64,000 nt of DNA from Halieaceae bacterium (GTDB lineage Bacteria; Pseudomonadota; Gammaproteobacteria; Pseudomonadales; Halieaceae). Below, piece by piece: positions 30,020-40,940 of the stretch. The notes under the pieces were generated by a model. The model saw only the letters and a list, made by a program, of their open reading frames with translations. It had not been told where the DNA came from and did no database searches. The stretch is from assembly GCA_902631395.1 (NCBI GenBank), contig CACOYM010000009.1:8502-72501 (forward strand), read 5' to 3'. The translations under genes and the position numbers were made by a program. How positions within the stretch are numbered: position 1 is the first letter of the stretch; each line of letters starts with the position of its first letter.

Positions 30020-30715
30020 AGCGCTGTCCAGCTATCTCTAAAACCAGCCAGCGACCGCATTCAAGGTACTAAATCGTAGGCTCACTCCGTAGCAAGTTTT
30101 TACAAAACTTTGATCTCCTATCTGCCGCTTAAAATTCCAGCGTAGCACGATAGATTTGGGTTATCACACTGATCACCCCGGATGAAACACCGCAAGATAG
30201 CTGGAGACCCCGGAATAATTTTTAAAGCAGAAACCACAAGTCATCTGTGACCGGCCGAGTTTTTTCGTGACGCTCAAGACTGATCCGCAACAGCTCGGAG
30301 CCTTTATCGAGGAATCGTCGCGCTTACGAGCGTCTACTCAAGGTCTCTCTGCCCAGTTTACCAGTCACAAGGAGGAATTTTGGGGTCTGATCATTCCTAA
30401 AAGTTCGGCTCTACACTTGCGATGGGCTGCTGAGAACATTGATACTGGGCCTCTAGGTTGCCCGATAGATCTGCATCTCGATCACAGGGCAGCGAGCCGA
30501 CATCTTCACTTTGCTGCGCGTCCCAGAGAGTGTCCCGGTGCGAGTATGTCACTACTGGAACAGCAGATTGCTTGGACCAGAGTGGTGGAGTGACTCGATT
30601 CCGCGTGTTAGGTGTCTCCCAACACCTTTTTGCACCAGGCCGGCGCTATGCTGGGTACCTTGCGGCTCAATCTCGATATGGATAAACGCAGCTTAGTAAA
30701 CAGGAGTCATCAACT

Positions 30716-31114
30716 ATGGCTACGATCCTCGCACATCTAGAGGTCTATCCCGGTAAGGAAGTCGAATGGGAGGCCATCATGGCCGACATGGTGCGTCAAA
30801 CCCTTGAGCGGGAGGAGAAGGTTTTGCGCTATGAGTACTTCAAAGGTCAAAAACCCCTGCACTACTACTGCCTTTTATCCTTTGAGGATAAGTGGGCGTT
30901 TTATCTGCATCAGGCCTCCGATTATCACGAGGGTCACGACTTCGAGAGCGTGCTCTCCAATGTGGCGCTCGAGTATCTTGATCCCGTGACCGGCGCGAAT
31001 GCGCTACCGCCTACCGAAAATCCACCTCTGCCCGACGACGCCAGTGAAGTACTTCGGAACACCGAACTACTGTTCCCGATTCTAATTCCCGAGTGGTGGG
31101 CAGGCAGGGAGTGA
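30716..31114 (+). CDS. Antibiotic-biosynthesis-monooxygenase (dimeric alpha/beta barrel) family protein
   Basis: ILAHLEVYPGKE...LRYEYF...AFYLHQASDYH; AGGAG upstream. Confidence 0.72.
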   Translation: MATILAHLEVYPGKEVEWEAIMADMVRQTLEREEKVLRYEYFKGQKPLHYYCLLSFEDKWAFYLHQASDYHEGHDFESVLSNVALEYLDPVTGANALPPTENPPLPDDASEVLRNTELLFPILIPEWWAGRE

Positions 31115-31252
31115 GGCTGTGCCTCGGTAGTTGATGCCGCCTGCAAAAAAAAACCGCCAACGACCCCTAAATATTTCTTGGAGTCCATGTCCTGCATTTG
31201 GCAACGGTCTTTGAGCCTGAACGGCACACCTCGTCGCCGGTAGCGCGCGACG

Positions 31253-32248
31253 CTACATTGGCTGATGGCCCGGTCGCTCAGGTGCGGCTTGATCACCGCG
31301 TGCGGTTGAGTTGTCATGGTAGTCGGCGACCGGCTGAGTATGCGAGGGTGCTTGTCGACGCAAGATTTCAGAGCGCTTGTCCTCGCCGTCGTGGCTCCAG
31401 CCCGGGGCCAGAAATAAGTAGCGAAGGGCGTTCTGCCAACCGCCTGCGCGACTCAGGTCCCGTGCGATGCAGGTGTATTCACCAAATGCCACCTTCACTG
31501 GGTGGTGAGTGGCGATATTGTTCGTGAGGCCATAACGGACAGGGTCATACGCGACCTCAGGACTGAAAGTGCCGAATAGGCGATCCCAGATAATCAGCAC
31601 TCCCGCGTGGTTACGGTCTAGATACCTGACATTTGAGCCGTGATGAACGCGATGATGACTTGGTGTGTTAAAGAGCCACTCAAACCACCTAGGCATTCTT
31701 TCAATGGTCTCCGTGTGTAACCAAAACTGGTAGATAAGACTCACACTCATCATAGTAACAATCATCACGGGGTCGAATCCCAGCAATGCCAGTGGACACC
31801 AGAAGAGGTATTTGATCACTCGTTCACCGACCCCCTGGCGAAGCGCCGTGCCGTAGTTGTAGCACTGCGAGTTATGGTGAGACACATGGCCCGCCCATAA
31901 AAAACGCACTTCATGATTGGCGCGGTGGAAGAGGTAGTAGGTGAGATCATCCAAAAAAAATAGCGCTACCCACCACAGCGGCGCACGACCGACGAGCTCT
32001 TTGAATGGCGAGAATTCCCAGCATGCAAACATCAGCAGCACACCGCCGAATTTGGGTAACACATCGACCACCACCGTCAGCAACATGACGCCCATCGAAG
32101 CAAGAAAATCCTGTCTCTCATAAAGGGCAAGTGATTTCCGCCATGCGAAGGCCCACTCCATTAGCAGAGCGGTAAAGAAGAGTGGTAGGGCATAAATGAC
32201 CCAGTCATCCTGAAGCAGCGAAATGACTTGTGGAAACAGGTTATCCAT
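31253..32248 (-). CDS. Sterol desaturase/fatty acid hydroxylase family protein (alkylglycerol monooxygenase-like)
   Basis: His boxes YYLFHRANH, WAGHVSHH, QFWLHTE, TPSHHRVHH, IIWDRLFGTF. Confidence 0.88.
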   Translation of the reverse strand: MDNLFPQVISLLQDDWVIYALPLFFTALLMEWAFAWRKSLALYERQDFLASMGVMLLTVVVDVLPKFGGVLLMFACWEFSPFKELVGRAPLWWVALFFLDDLTYYLFHRANHEVRFLWAGHVSHHNSQCYNYGTALRQGVGERVIKYLFWCPLALLGFDPVMIVTMMSVSLIYQFWLHTETIERMPRWFEWLFNTPSHHRVHHGSNVRYLDRNHAGVLIIWDRLFGTFSPEVAYDPVRYGLTNNIATHHPVKVAFGEYTCIARDLSRAGGWQNALRYLFLAPGWSHDGEDKRSEILRRQAPSHTQPVADYHDNSTARGDQAAPERPGHQPM

Positions 32249-32276
32249 CTCTAGTCCTCACGCGGCGATTCGCTGC

Positions 32277-33245
32277 TCAAGCATCCCGGGCCCTGCTGGG
32301 GGCCTCGCGCCGCAGTTGCGTGAGCTCAGCCATTATGGAGACCGCAATTTCCATGGCGGTTTTGGAGCCAATAGAAATACCCACCGGCGCATGCAGTCTG
32401 GCGAGTGAATCATCATTAAGCTCCAGCTGAGAAAGTCGCTGCAGTCGTTTTGCTGTTGTACGCACCGAACCCAGTGCGCCAACATACCAACAGGCTGAAT
32501 CCAATGCCTCCATCAGAGCCATGTCATCGACTCGGGGATCATGACTCAAAGTGATTACCGCACAGTGCTCGTCTGCAGCGTGCTCCCGCACTACATCGTC
32601 GGGCAAACCCAAAATTTTCTCAACCTCGGGCCCTTGCCACTGGGCTAGAGCCCACTCCCTCGAATCGGTCAGCAACACCTCGTAATCCATGGCTAGCGCC
32701 AATGCGCTGAGACTGGCAGCCAACTGTCCGGCTCCGACCAACAATAGCCGGTGTCGCGGTCCGAAGCAGTGCGTCATTGCATTGTCACGTCTCTCAAGAG
32801 GCGCAAACTTCGAGGCAGGAGTGATCTCAGTTTCTCCCGCTGTCAGGGTGACAGTACGACTTAACGTTTGCCGCACTAACATCGCTTGGTAGGCGCTAGT
32901 CACCCATTGAAGATCTTTGTTTCCGAGCTGTTGAATGGCCAGCCCCATCCGGCCACCGCAGGGCAGGCCCCACTTTTCATTGTCCTCGGCGCTGACCCCG
33001 TACTCCGTCAGGAAGACCTGCGGACCATTGAATTCCCCTGCCAGCAGGCGCGCGACTAAATCCTCTTCCACGCAGCCACCCGAAACGCTACCCACCTGAG
33101 AACCGTCAGCACGAAAGGCCACCAGTGAGCCCACGGGTCGTGGGGACGAACCAATGGTCTCCACGACCGTTACCAGCCAGGGTTGTTCACCCTCAGTCAG
33201 TGAGGCCAACAGGCACCTGAGAATGGTCTCATCAGTGGAGTTCAT
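32277..33245 (-). CDS. XdhC/CoxI-family molybdoenzyme accessory protein
   Basis: GSSPRPVGS, GSVSGGCVE, GLPCGG, LSHDPRVDD, YVGALGS, LHAPVGISIG. Confidence 0.9.
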   Translation of the reverse strand: MNSTDETILRCLLASLTEGEQPWLVTVVETIGSSPRPVGSLVAFRADGSQVGSVSGGCVEEDLVARLLAGEFNGPQVFLTEYGVSAEDNEKWGLPCGGRMGLAIQQLGNKDLQWVTSAYQAMLVRQTLSRTVTLTAGETEITPASKFAPLERRDNAMTHCFGPRHRLLLVGAGQLAASLSALALAMDYEVLLTDSREWALAQWQGPEVEKILGLPDDVVREHAADEHCAVITLSHDPRVDDMALMEALDSACWYVGALGSVRTTAKRLQRLSQLELNDDSLARLHAPVGISIGSKTAMEIAVSIMAELTQLRREAPSRARDA

Positions 33246-33472
33246 GAGTCATAAAGTTGGAGGCGTATCCATTCAAATCCAGCTTCTCCAATTGGATTGC
33301 CTTGTATGAGATTGGCTCTAATATCAGGCCAAGGCTGGTTGTCTTGCCGAAATTCATCACCTAAGTTTAGGCGACTCAGCGGCGAGCTGGGAGGGTTTAT
33401 GCCAAACATCGCTGGAGCGCTCGGGGTAACGCCACAAGGCCGTATTCGTTGCGCCGGCAGTTGGGAAAGTTA

Positions 33473-33487
33473 TGGCATAAAGGTTGC
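33473..33487 (+). promoter_or_regulatory. Sigma54 (-24/-12)-like promoter upstream of the thiolase operon
   Basis: TGGCATAAAGGTTGC: GG-N10-GC spacing, 55 nt before ATG 33543. Confidence 0.45.
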
Positions 33488-33542
33488 CGATACCGCATCA
33501 TATGTGAGACCAATACCAATTATCCGAGACAGGTAGCGAATA

Positions 33543-34751
33543 ATGCCCAATCCCGTCTACATCTTTGATGCGGTGCGCACACCGCGAAGCAAAGGTAAGT
33601 CCACCGGCACTCTCCACGAAGTAAAACCCATCGATCTCGCAGCAGGCCTGCTGGTCGAATTACAGAAGCGTCACGATCTGGATACCAGCTACGTCGACGA
33701 CGTGGTCATGGGCTGTGTTTCGCCTGTTGGTGAGCAGGGTTCCGATGTCGCAAAAATGGTTGTTCAGAACGCCGAGTGGGATGAATCTGTGCCGGGCGTG
33801 CAGTTGGATCGCTTTTGTGCCTCTGGACTCGAGGCCGTCAATATCGCGGCACAGAAGATTGCTTCCGGCTGGGAAGACCTCGTCGTCGCGGGCGGTGTGG
33901 AGTCGATGTCCAGAGTGCCAATGGGTTCCAATGGGGGCGCCATGGCAGGAGACCCCGAATTCGCCGTCAAAACGGGTTTTGTACCGCAGGGCATCGGCGC
34001 CGACACAATAGCCACGCTGGCAGGTTGGTCTCGTTGTGATGTCGACCAGTATGCGGTGACTTCGCAGCAGCGTGCAGCGAACGCTAGAGATAACGGTTGG
34101 TTCGATCGCTCCGTAGTGCCAGTAAAAGACAGCAGTGGCGTGACGATTTTGGAGCGTGATGACTTCATCAAGCCTGACACGAGTGTCGAGGGCCTTGCCG
34201 GCCTGAAGCCCTCCTTCGAGGCGCCGGGCGGCATGGGTTTCGATGACATCATTCTGGCCAAGTACAACACGCTCGATCGCATCGAACACGTCCATACGCC
34301 AGGGAACTCGTCTGGCATTGTGGACGGTGCCAGTGCCGTGATGATCGGCAGTGAGAAAGCTGGTAGCGACCAGAATCTGAAGCCACGAGGACGTATTTTA
34401 GCAACAGCCGTTCTGGCGACCGACCCCATCATTATGCTGACAGGACCTGGGCCCGCAGCAAAAAAATGTCTGCATAAGGCCGGTTTGACGGCTGCCGATA
34501 TTGACCTCTGGGAAATCAACGAAGCTTTTGCCGCGGTAGTGCTTCGTTACATGAAAGATTTGGATCTCAATTTGGAGATTACCAACGTCAACGGAGGCGC
34601 TATCGCCATGGGCCACCCGCTAGGCGCGACTGGCGGTTGTTTGGTGAGCACCGTGCTCGATGAGCTTGAGCGTCGAGACGCCAAGCGCGCCATGCTCTCG
34701 CTGTGCGTCGGTGGTGGCATGGGTATCTCAACGATTATCGAACGCGTTTGA
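33543..34751 (+). CDS. fadA: Acetyl-CoA C-acyltransferase (thiolase)
   Basis: [54 protein letters not shown]. Confidence 0.92.
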   Translation: MPNPVYIFDAVRTPRSKGKSTGTLHEVKPIDLAAGLLVELQKRHDLDTSYVDDVVMGCVSPVGEQGSDVAKMVVQNAEWDESVPGVQLDRFCASGLEAVNIAAQKIASGWEDLVVAGGVESMSRVPMGSNGGAMAGDPEFAVKTGFVPQGIGADTIATLAGWSRCDVDQYAVTSQQRAANARDNGWFDRSVVPVKDSSGVTILERDDFIKPDTSVEGLAGLKPSFEAPGGMGFDDIILAKYNTLDRIEHVHTPGNSSGIVDGASAVMIGSEKAGSDQNLKPRGRILATAVLATDPIIMLTGPGPAAKKCLHKAGLTAADIDLWEINEAFAAVVLRYMKDLDLNLEITNVNGGAIAMGHPLGATGGCLVSTVLDELERRDAKRAMLSLCVGGGMGISTIIERV

Positions 34752-34780
34752 GCGGTGTTGGCAAAGGGAACGACAGCAGT

Positions 34781-36928
34781 ATGAGCGGATTTAATTACGA
34801 GAGAGATGCTAACGGCGTCGTGATTGTCACCATGGATATGGACGGCCCGGTTAACTCAATGTCTGAGGCATTTCTGCCCGCACTCCGCGAGACAGTCGAC
34901 AAGCTTGAGGCGGAAAGTGATCTCAGGGGTGTGGTGTTGGCATCGGCAAAGAAGACTTTTTTTGCGGGCGGCGACCTCAACTCACTGTGCCAGGTGACCG
35001 AGGAGAATGCCGAGACCTTCTTCAACGAAGCTCAGAACATTAAGGCGGAGTTCCGTCGGCTTGAGAAGCTGGGCAAACCGACCGTCGCTGCCATCAATGG
35101 TGCGGCGTTGGGTGGCGGCTTGGAGTTGGCATTGGCCTGCCACTACCGCATCGCCTGGGACAATAAATCGGTGCAGTTGGGATTCCCAGAGGTCACTCTA
35201 GGACTGCTGCCCGGTGGTGGTGGCGTTGTCAAAGCCATTTATTTGATGGGGCTGATGGCCTCGAACGAATACCTGATCGAGGGCAAGCGAGTGGTGCCGA
35301 CTAAGGCTAGGGAAGCGGGCCTAATAAATGAGACCGTCGACAGCCTCGACGAATTGATTCCCCGGGCTAAAGCGTGGATTGCCGAGAATCAGGATAACGA
35401 GGCCGCCTGCACACAGCCGTGGGACACTCAGGGGTACAAAATTCCGGGCGGCAACGCGAACCATCCCACAGTAGCGCAGATGTTACCAGTGGCGTCGGCG
35501 ATGATTGCGCAAAAGACGCGCGGCCTGCTGCCGGCTCCCGTCAAGATTTTGGATGTGGCGGTATCGGCAATGCGCGTGGACTTTGAGACTGCCATGCGCA
35601 TCGAAAGCCGCGGTTTGACTGAACTGGCGCTCACGCCGGTGGCGAAAAACATGATCAACACGTTCTTCTTCAATCTTAATCAAATAAATGGCGGCGCCTC
35701 ACGTCCCAAAGACATCGAACCCCAAACCACGCAGAAGGTCGGCGTGTTGGGTGCGGGTATGATGGGGCAGGGTATCGCCTATGTCTCTGCAATGGCGGGC
35801 ATTGAGGTGGTCCTCAAGGACATCTCGCAGGAGGCAGCAGACAAGGGTAAAGCGTACTCCGAAGGCTTGCTAAAAAAGCGCGTTGAGCGTGGCCGCCTAA
35901 ACGAAGAGAGGGCGCAGCAGGTGCTGAGTCTGATCAAGCCTACTGCTGAGGATAGCGATCTCGACGGCTGTGATCTAATCATTGAGGCGGTGTTCGAGAA
36001 CATGGCGCTCAAGCATGAGATCACCAAGGAGTTTGAGCCTCGTTTGGCAGAGAGTGGCGTTTGGGGGTCCAACACATCTACATTGCCGATTACCCAATTG
36101 GCTGAAGCCAGCGCCAGCGCCGAAAATTTCATTGGTATCCACTTCTTCTCACCCGTCGACAAAATGCCGCTGGTCGAGATCATCATGGGCGAGAACACCA
36201 GTGATCTGGCCCTCGCGAAGGCCTACGATTACACCAAGCAAATCCGCAAGACGCCGATTGTCGTGAACGACTCACTGGGCTTCTTCACCTCGCGCACATT
36301 CGGCACCTATCTTGATGAAGGCGTTCGACTGCTGACCGAGGGAGTTCATCCGATCCAGATCGATAACCTCGGTAAGGCGATTGGCATGCCCGTTGGCCCA
36401 CTGACGGTCTATGACGAGGTCAGCCTAGAACTATCCCGCAAGGCGTGGACGACTTGGAGAGACATGGGCGTGCTTGATAAATGGGGTGATAGCAAGGTTA
36501 CCCGTGGCGTCATCGATACGATGGTGGGCGAACATGGTCGGGGTGGTCGTTATCACGGTGGTGGCTTCTATGAGTACGGCGAGGACGGTAGCAAGACCAT
36601 CTGGCCCGGCCTGATGGATCTTTACTACAATGCCGAGGCCGCGGTGGCTGAGGGTGACATCAAAGACCGGCTTCTTTTCCGTCAGGTCATCGAGGCTCTG
36701 AAGTGTCTGGAAACCAACGTGCTACGTACCGTTGCAGACGGAAACATTGGCTCCATCATGGGCATCGGCGCTCCGGCCTGGACTGGTGGTCTGATTCAGT
36801 TCGTTAACACCTATGGGCTCGAGCGATTCAGGACACGCTGTGCGGAGCTCGCGAGCCACTACGGCGATCGGTTCGATCCACCGGCCATCGTTAGTGAAAA
36901 AATCACGGCGGGGGAATCCTTCGTCTGA
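34781..36928 (+). CDS. fadB: Multifunctional enoyl-CoA hydratase/3-hydroxyacyl-CoA dehydrogenase (FadB/FadJ family)
   Basis: [50 protein letters not shown]; ATG at 34781. Confidence 0.9.
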   Translation: MSGFNYERDANGVVIVTMDMDGPVNSMSEAFLPALRETVDKLEAESDLRGVVLASAKKTFFAGGDLNSLCQVTEENAETFFNEAQNIKAEFRRLEKLGKPTVAAINGAALGGGLELALACHYRIAWDNKSVQLGFPEVTLGLLPGGGGVVKAIYLMGLMASNEYLIEGKRVVPTKAREAGLINETVDSLDELIPRAKAWIAENQDNEAACTQPWDTQGYKIPGGNANHPTVAQMLPVASAMIAQKTRGLLPAPVKILDVAVSAMRVDFETAMRIESRGLTELALTPVAKNMINTFFFNLNQINGGASRPKDIEPQTTQKVGVLGAGMMGQGIAYVSAMAGIEVVLKDISQEAADKGKAYSEGLLKKRVERGRLNEERAQQVLSLIKPTAEDSDLDGCDLIIEAVFENMALKHEITKEFEPRLAESGVWGSNTSTLPITQLAEASASAENFIGIHFFSPVDKMPLVEIIMGENTSDLALAKAYDYTKQIRKTPIVVNDSLGFFTSRTFGTYLDEGVRLLTEGVHPIQIDNLGKAIGMPVGPLTVYDEVSLELSRKAWTTWRDMGVLDKWGDSKVTRGVIDTMVGEHGRGGRYHGGGFYEYGEDGSKTIWPGLMDLYYNAEAAVAEGDIKDRLLFRQVIEALKCLETNVLRTVADGNIGSIMGIGAPAWTGGLIQFVNTYGLERFRTRCAELASHYGDRFDPPAIVSEKITAGESFV

Positions 36929-37309
36929 CAAATTCGCATCGCCCCACTCATGCACTTAGGCTGATTTGTGCGGGTGACTCTTCTCTTGGCTGCTTTCTTG
37001 ATTTGTGCACCCGATCGGGGTTGTCACTCAGTGCGGTTGCTTTGGTATTTGTGGAGTCTGCCCTTTAGACTTACCTCGAACAAGCAGAGCCCCCTGTCGC
37101 CCATATCACCTGCATTGGCTTGATCAAGTCCCGACACTGTCTAGACTGCGTAGAGTGATTCAGCGCTGTTCAGAGTGACAATCTCGTGGTTAAGATTAGC
37201 TCGGGAGCTTTCGGATAAAGCCCCTGTTGAGTGAGCAGTATTCTCGTGCGAAGTATGAATGATAATTGGATGCGATATTATATCCGGGACCGAAGACTGG
37301 CGAAAATCG

Positions 37310-37996
37310 ATGATCTGGAACAACGCTATTCTCTTTATTCATGCCCCAAAGACTGCGGGCATGAGTATGACTACTTTGTTGTGTCAATCGCTCGAGGGAC
37401 CAATCAACGTAACCGGCCCTTACGAACAACAGCATTCGGAAGGCAAGGTCACGTATATCCCCGGCAAACGGCACGAGACACTCATCGATGCAGCTTCGTT
37501 TTTAACCTATCGCAATATGTGCCTCGAGCAGTTCGAAAAAATCTTCGTCGTAATGCGAAATCCATATGAGCTGGAGCTGTCGCGATATGCCTATTTAAAG
37601 AAGAACCTACCCCAAGATCGTGGTATGGCACAGAACATCGCGCTAGAGGGCGATTTTCGCAACTATCTCTCCAAGGCGCCTTTTTTTGGTATGAATCCGC
37701 CCCGTCTGGATCTTTACTATCACTTTAATGGCGCGATGCCAGACAACTTGGTGATACTGCGCCATGAGCGTTTGTTATTAGATCTTGAATTGCATCTGGC
37801 TCTCTATCTGGAGGCCGGTTACGCCTTACCTCGCGAAAATCAGAGCAAGCATAAAGGAGTGAATGAAATGTATGACGCTGAGATGGAGGCATTGTGTTAC
37901 GACCGCCACCGATGGTTCTTTGATAAGGCATTTTACCCCCGAGCGTTTGGTGACAGCTTCTGTGGCGAGGGTGCTTCGAGTCGAGCAACGACGTGA
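37310..37996 (+). CDS. Sulfotransferase family 2 protein
   Basis: 5'-PSB-like LFIHAPKTAGMS and 3'-PB-like FVVMRNPY..ELSRY. Confidence 0.75.
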   Translation: MIWNNAILFIHAPKTAGMSMTTLLCQSLEGPINVTGPYEQQHSEGKVTYIPGKRHETLIDAASFLTYRNMCLEQFEKIFVVMRNPYELELSRYAYLKKNLPQDRGMAQNIALEGDFRNYLSKAPFFGMNPPRLDLYYHFNGAMPDNLVILRHERLLLDLELHLALYLEAGYALPRENQSKHKGVNEMYDAEMEALCYDRHRWFFDKAFYPRAFGDSFCGEGASSRATT

Positions 37997-38008
37997 AGTG
38001 TGATCACC

Positions 38009-38170
38009 TCAGCGGGTCTCCTCGCCGCCACTGACATTCAACTCCGCCCCGGTAATTAACGTAGCGTTAACTGACGCCCGGGAAGCAACGGCTACAGCGG
38101 TATCTTCGGGCCGGCCGTGGGTGATTGCAGGGCGCCACGCTCCATGATTGCGCCAACCCGCGAGGCCTAT
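38009..38170 (-). pseudogene. Remnant C-terminus of an SDR oxidoreductase
   Basis: Minus frame reads GRPEDTAVAVASRASVNATLITGAELNVSGGEETR*, matching the SDR tail GxPEDIAxAVxFLAS...ITGxxLNVxGG; no N-terminal part. Confidence 0.65.
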
Positions 38171-38277
38171 GAAGTAGCGAGCCGTCCGTAAGGCCTCAGA
38201 ATTCGAGTTCGCTGAGACAGGGTGTTAGCAGGTGACGTGGAGAAGATCGCTTAGGGGGTCTCGGACGGGCGCACTCT

Positions 38278-40392
38278 TCAGCGATCCGACACCTGATATG
38301 TCCTGGAGCGCGCGCTTCGGTTTTTAAGCTGAAACCCAGAAGGCCTCATTGTCTCTGCCGCAAACGCCTCAGCTTGATCCAGATAATGTGGTGATGTGGG
38401 GTCGGTCATCTGACTGCCGTACTGGTGTGTACCGTAAATCATTTGCTTGCCGTCCGCCGTCCACTCGATGAGGTAGTAGAGGCCGTCGCCAGCGACAACC
38501 GTCATGAAGTCATCTTCCTCGTTCAGTTGCTCTGCATACATGGCGCGGAGGGTATCGGGTCCGCCTGCCGCAGGCCATGTCCGATTATCGCGCCCATGGC
38601 GTTGAATGGCGCCCCACTCGGGATCCAGGCGCCCAGCCACCTTACGCACTGATGCTATGCATTTGTGGAGCGTTTCACGCGCATCGGGGAGCGGGTCGTT
38701 CGCGCGCTCGGCTTGCCACTCTTCGAGTAAAACGCAGACGCCAAGGGCTGCATGGCGATTAGCAATGTCTGTGTGCAAGTCCCATTTTCGTATCAATTCA
38801 ATCGCTTGGGTCTCCTCGTCATCACGGGCCTCAAGGTTGGCGATTAGCGATAAGTACTTGTGACCTCGATAGCGTGGCGAGTAGGCGTTGTCGTGCTTGA
38901 TAGCACTGAAGTCATCGAAGGAAATAGCGGGATTGGCATCTAGTAGTTCAAGTCCTCGCACTGCGCGGTTGGTCATCCGTGTGGGCCAGCCACTCTCTTT
39001 TCGATAGTTCGCCTGATCAGGGTTGCTGCCTGCACTAGTCACCTGAAAGGGCGATTGGTTCGCGCTATGCACGAAGCCGGAGGGTGGGTTCGTGACGCTC
39101 GGTAACTCGGTAATGGATAGGTAGCGCTGCCAGATCAGATCGCTCCTGTCGCCCGGCAGATACTGATCCCAGCGCCAGCCTTCGGCGCGCTCCGGCATCA
39201 TGGCGTTGTGAATAAAGTGAATATCTCCGTCTGCGTTGGCGTAAACAAAATTGAAGCTCGCGATGTGCTGCAACGCGATCGCCGCCTGCCACTCTGAGAA
39301 CGACGTGGCGGCGCTCATTGCCAGCCACTGTTCGACTTGCCGAATCTCGTCCATGCCGGCATAACGCACGGCGTAGGTGCCATGGTTTGTCTTCATCACC
39401 GGGCCGTGAATGGAGCGGTAGCCTCTCTCCCTTACGGTCCAAGGGAGCCAACCCCAGAGCAACACCCTAATGGGTATATCGAATGCCTCCAACTCCAGCC
39501 ATTCGCCATCCACCCGATACCGATTATCGTCCTCGGGATCGATATCGAGGAGGTAAACATCAACCAGATCGGGTTGATTGACTGTTGCACCCCAGCCGTG
39601 GTGCTGGTTAAACCCCACCCCGAGTGTGGGTGCGCCAATAAATAAACCGCCCATGACATTGAGCCCTTCACCGCTCTCCAGATGTGCCTCGTACCATGAG
39701 ACCGGTCCGGTAAGAGGTTGATGTGAGTTGATCATCAGCATCGTTGAGCCGTCGCGACTCCTTGACGGTGCTATTGCGGTCGCGTTGGAGCCCAGCGTAA
39801 TCCCGACATTGGGCAGCATGGGTGCGTCACTTATTTCAAACTGACGAGTTTCAGCGCGCAGATCCGTGAGAGTTTTCTCAAACCCATAGAAGAGTAGGTG
39901 ACGGAACATGTGCGCTGCAATTACGTCCTGCGGTAATACAGGTAGAACGTCTAGCGAGATGCGATCGGGATGTTGAGCAGCGAACGCATTGAACCCCGCC
40001 GCGAAGGCTTCGAGGTAGGCGCGTGTCGCAGGTTTCAGCAAGGCGTCATAGTCACGCTCGATGACGTCCCAGAATCCCAGCCACTGAATAAGATAATCCG
40101 TTACCGCGGCATCACGTCCAAAAAAACTGGCGGCATTGCCACGGTAGTATGGGAGAGTCTCCTCGAGAATTTCCCAACCGTCTTCAGCTTGCGCCCAGGC
40201 TAGACCAAAGGCCATATCCGCATCGGTTTCGCCATAAATATGGGGCACACCCAAGGTGTCGCGTTCGATGCTGGCTTCCCAGGCGTGGCTAATTGAGCCA
40301 AACAGCAACAATGAAAGGCCCCAGAAGTAATTGATCAGGCCTAGGGTTTTGCTAGGCGGTCGTATCTCAAAGGTTGGTCGCAGGTGGCGCAT
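38278..40392 (-). CDS. Penicillin acylase family (Ntn-hydrolase) acylase, exported
   Basis: IERDTLGVPHIYG, FGLAWAQAED, G-SNATAIAPSRS nucleophile, INSHQP, WYEAHL. Confidence 0.88.
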   Translation of the reverse strand: MRHLRPTFEIRPPSKTLGLINYFWGLSLLLFGSISHAWEASIERDTLGVPHIYGETDADMAFGLAWAQAEDGWEILEETLPYYRGNAASFFGRDAAVTDYLIQWLGFWDVIERDYDALLKPATRAYLEAFAAGFNAFAAQHPDRISLDVLPVLPQDVIAAHMFRHLLFYGFEKTLTDLRAETRQFEISDAPMLPNVGITLGSNATAIAPSRSRDGSTMLMINSHQPLTGPVSWYEAHLESGEGLNVMGGLFIGAPTLGVGFNQHHGWGATVNQPDLVDVYLLDIDPEDDNRYRVDGEWLELEAFDIPIRVLLWGWLPWTVRERGYRSIHGPVMKTNHGTYAVRYAGMDEIRQVEQWLAMSAATSFSEWQAAIALQHIASFNFVYANADGDIHFIHNAMMPERAEGWRWDQYLPGDRSDLIWQRYLSITELPSVTNPPSGFVHSANQSPFQVTSAGSNPDQANYRKESGWPTRMTNRAVRGLELLDANPAISFDDFSAIKHDNAYSPRYRGHKYLSLIANLEARDDEETQAIELIRKWDLHTDIANRHAALGVCVLLEEWQAERANDPLPDARETLHKCIASVRKVAGRLDPEWGAIQRHGRDNRTWPAAGGPDTLRAMYAEQLNEEDDFMTVVAGDGLYYLIEWTADGKQMIYGTHQYGSQMTDPTSPHYLDQAEAFAAETMRPSGFQLKNRSARSRTYQVSDR

Positions 40393-40502
40393 AAATGGAG
40401 CCCTGAGCTAATAGGCTAATCGTAACGGACCCGCAGCCTTTGCCTGTGAGTCTAGTGTGTGGGTTTAGTCCCTCAGGCGCGATCCAACGCGCCGAGCAGT
40501 CA

Positions 40503-40940
40503 TTACAATCCTGATACGAACGCCGCGAGGTTCTCGATGTCTGCGTCGGTCATTGGCTTGGCAACGGGGTACATCATCGCCGATTGCGCGCCTCGCTCCT
40601 CGCCCGCTCTATACGCTGTAAGCTTCGCAACAATATCGTCGCTGGCTTGACCGGCTAGCATGGGACCAATGCCGCCCTGACCGCGATTACCATGGCATGC
40701 TATGCATTGCCCGTAGTACTTTTCTCCAAGTGCAGCAGGTGATGCAGCTGCGAGCGCCATCTGCTTAGCGCCCTCCACCTCAGCAATTCCCCCGCCGTGG
40801 GCAGCTTTCCATTCTTCATAGCACTCTCCAACACACTGATTGCGGTTGCCTGTCCAGTCAGCGTTGTTGCTCTGGGTCCCTACCCATATCAAGCCCGATA
40901 CAACGACAACGAAGGCAACGATTACAGAGGAGGTGTTCAT
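40503..40940 (-). CDS. Membrane-anchored monoheme cytochrome c (c553-like)
   Basis: N-terminal TM helix, CIACH heme motif, GPMLAGQ, SAMM axial-Met region. Confidence 0.85.
   Translation of the reverse strand: MNTSSVIVAFVVVVSGLIWVGTQSNNADWTGNRNQCVGECYEEWKAAHGGGIAEVEGAKQMALAAASPAALGEKYYGQCIACHGNRGQGGIGPMLAGQASDDIVAKLTAYRAGEERGAQSAMMYPVAKPMTDADIENLAAFVSGL

Larger units (their letters stand above)
13529..30100. other. Probable accessory island downstream of tRNA-Pro carrying a Tad/Flp pilus locus; no integrase seen, right border uncertain
   Basis: Begins at the tRNA 3' end, contains only Tad and hypothetical genes, and by eye looks AT-richer with more ATA/AGA/TTA codons than the 31-63 kb genes. 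Confidence 0.5.

Noticed and set aside
30267-30593. 108-aa ORF at the island edge
   Set aside because: No SD or recognisable domain; cannot be supported as a gene
33380-33432. Moco riboswitch upstream of the xdhC-like gene (CCCCGAGC...CCTCCC on the minus strand)
   Set aside because: Conserved words are too close together and the intervening stems and GGAAAGG are missing
33660-34519. Long antisense ORFs (211 and 251 aa) over the thiolase
   Set aside because: Codon-bias shadows of a GC-rich gene
37128-37136. GTCCCGAC as attR copy of the tRNA-Pro 3' end
   Set aside because: Only 8 bp, expected by chance
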